From the NCBI RefSeq assembly GCF_001194135.2, contig NC_068981.1, positions 134,088,183 through 134,152,182 on the forward strand: a stretch of 64,000 nt of DNA, in the 5' to 3' direction. Of this stretch, positions 61,768 to 64,000 are shown piece after piece. The DNA comes from Octopus bimaculoides (taxonomy: Eukaryota). The stretch's first letter is position 1, and each line of letters starts with the position of its first letter. The translations under genes were made by a program, and so were the position numbers. The notes under the pieces were generated by a model, which did not search any database, was not told the origin of the DNA, and saw nothing but the letters and a program-made list of their open reading frames with translations.

Positions 61768-62819
61768 TACACAAGCACATATGTCTATGTGGGTGCATTT
61801 ATATAGATATGTGTGTGTGTATGTATGTGTGTTTAGGATTACTTCAGTGAAGAACCAGTAGTTTCCATTGCTGCCTGTTGCTATTCCACTTACTCAACAA
61901 CAAATAATTCCTTTGAGAAAAGTATGGAGATCACAACTTCCTTCTCGCATCCTCCAGAATTCAAAGTACTGCATCTGTCGCAGAAATCAATATCGTAAAA
62001 TGTCCAAAACACGTACTGGTGTTTGCTTTTTTTTATTTTATTTTACCTACCGACAACTGTGGAAGTCATATTTCTCGTCCGCCTTGTCTTCTTGTCTGTC
62101 TTTCACATTCAGCCATTCTCTCAAGTCAGCTTTACACTTTCCATGTTACTTTGAATGATGACTTTCAAGAAAGTCATCGCAAAGTCTGAGGAATCTCTCA
62201 TTTCTCTCTTCTTTCACTTTCTACAGGATTTGTTTAGAAATAGCAAAACACCAACGTGCAGCGGCCACACATGTATGCACACGCGTGCATGCACACGCAC
62301 ACACATACACGCACACAGCTAGTACGCAAACACACCAACACCTACGCAAAAGAAAACATACATGTGCACATAAATACACACTTGAACAAACTCTTTCTCT
62401 CTTTCTCTCATACACACACTGAGACACATGTGTACACATGTGTACACACATGTACATACACCCACACACCTCACAAAATGTCCATTTTTTGTCAGTTCCA
62501 GTGTTACAGGCCTTTCACAGATAGTGTTGTTCATTTGAAGATAGAATATTACATATTTCGTTGTAATTCTCATTCACAGAAAAGTTAGTCGGTTTACAGA
62601 AAGCATTTCCGTTGTTTTCAATGGAAATGTCACAAGAATGGTAGTAGGTTGGTCTGGAATTACATCATAGAATCAAATCCCCCCTCCGTTCTCCCCCCAT
62701 CCCCTCATCAGCACTGGAAAGAAACGGATTTATTCACTTACAGAGGAACAAATTTTCTTATGTTTATTTGTGGTAAATGTTTTTAAAACATGTTCATTTA
62801 TCTCTTTATATATTTATTT

Positions 62820-62830
62820 ACTTATCTGTA

Positions 62831-62865
<35 letters not shown>

Positions 62866-62870
62866 TTCTC

Positions 62871-62929
<59 letters not shown>

Positions 62930-63176
62930 GTGAGTCTCTGTTTGTCTGTCTGTTTCTCTGCCTATCTATCTGTCTGTCTCTTTATCTATCTACCTACCTG
63001 TCTATACCTATCTACTTCTATCCATCTATCTATCTCTATCCATCTATCTATCTCTATCCATCTATCTATCTACCTATCTACCTCTAACTATACCTATCTA
63101 CCTCTGTCTATACCTATCTATCTATCTCTAGCCATCTATCTACCTATCTACCTCTGTCTGTACCTATCTGTCTATC

Positions 63177-63223
<47 letters not shown>

Positions 63224-63430
63224 CTAACTATCTGTCTGTCTATCTGTCTACCTACCTGTCTGCCTGTTTTTATGTACCTAGTTATCTGTCTATTTCTTTA
63301 TCCATCTATTTATTTCGCTGTTCATCCAAGTATTTTCTTGTTTATCCACTATCTATATGCCTATCTATCTATATGCCTATCTATCTATATGCCTATCATT
63401 CTATCTAAGAAATGTATATGCCTATCATTC
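62820..63430. repeat. (TC)n / (TCTA)n / (CCTA)n compound tetranucleotide array
   Basis: Read directly; it produces the 240-aa LSIY-repeat ORF at 62777-63499. Confidence 0.95.
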
Positions 63431-63510
63431 TATCTAACTATGTCTGTCCATCCGTATATATGTATGTGCTTATGCATAAATGTATGTGCTTATATATAAT
63501 TTCATGTGGG

Positions 63511-63573
<63 letters not shown>

Positions 63574-64000
63574 TATTATATGTATGTATTTATCTCTGTC
63601 AATATAAAAATTTTAATGTGATTATATCTTTAAATTCAAACATACATTACGTTTATGCTAAATTATTCTTTTCTGATATAATCTTTTTCTCTTCTTTCTC
63701 CTCCTCCTACTTATCATCATCATCATCATCATCATCATCACCAAAACCACCACCACCACCGCCACAGAGGGGAAGCATGTTGTCAGAAACAGTGAAGTGA
63801 CAGGCTAAAATGTCTTGTATTTATTTTGACTCAGCATTCCTTTCCATTTCATTCACTATGTGTCATTGATATAAATACCAGTAATACTCTATAGTTTGGT
63901 CTGTTGCAAAATTACAAAATTATGGCCTTGTTTGGCAAGTCTAAAATAGCCTTTGTTGTCGATGGCTGCTGGTGATGAGGAACATATATATATATATATA

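Overview
AT-rich eukaryotic DNA, dense in microsatellites and broken by about 12 assembly gaps. No intact protein-coding gene, rRNA, true tRNA gene or CRISPR array can be supported, and nearly all ORF-track entries come from microsatellites or N-runs. The repeat families (tRNA-derived SINEs, RTE tails ending in (GAT)n, TA/CA/TCTA arrays) look like a coleoid cephalopod, probably Octopus; this is recognition from memory, not a search result. The window is intergenic or intronic and is a layered record of transposon insertions. DNA transposon relics: three mariner/Tc1-type transposase relics plus a mariner MITE, hAT MITEs with verifiable 8-bp TSDs, piggyBac-type TTAA MITEs, two long-TIR fold-back elements, a fragmented Helitron helicase and a Helentron-like element. 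Retroelement relics: RTE, restriction-like-endonuclease (R4/Dong-like) and CR1/Jockey-group LINEs, Penelope-like RT/GIY-YIG relics, and three SINE families. The most notable signals are (1) at least five type-I hammerhead ribozyme motifs in Penelope-like termini, including two with an identical palindromic stem III and a variant class with an extra A after the core, (2) a LINE 3' end that matches the tail of the commonest SINE, suggesting its partner LINE, (3) a hidden, highly degenerate 26-bp satellite spanning about 43-49 kb, and (4) a TE-poor, CpG-retaining stretch at about 49.4-53.5 kb. All motif calls were made by eye and element boundaries are approximate unless TSDs are given.
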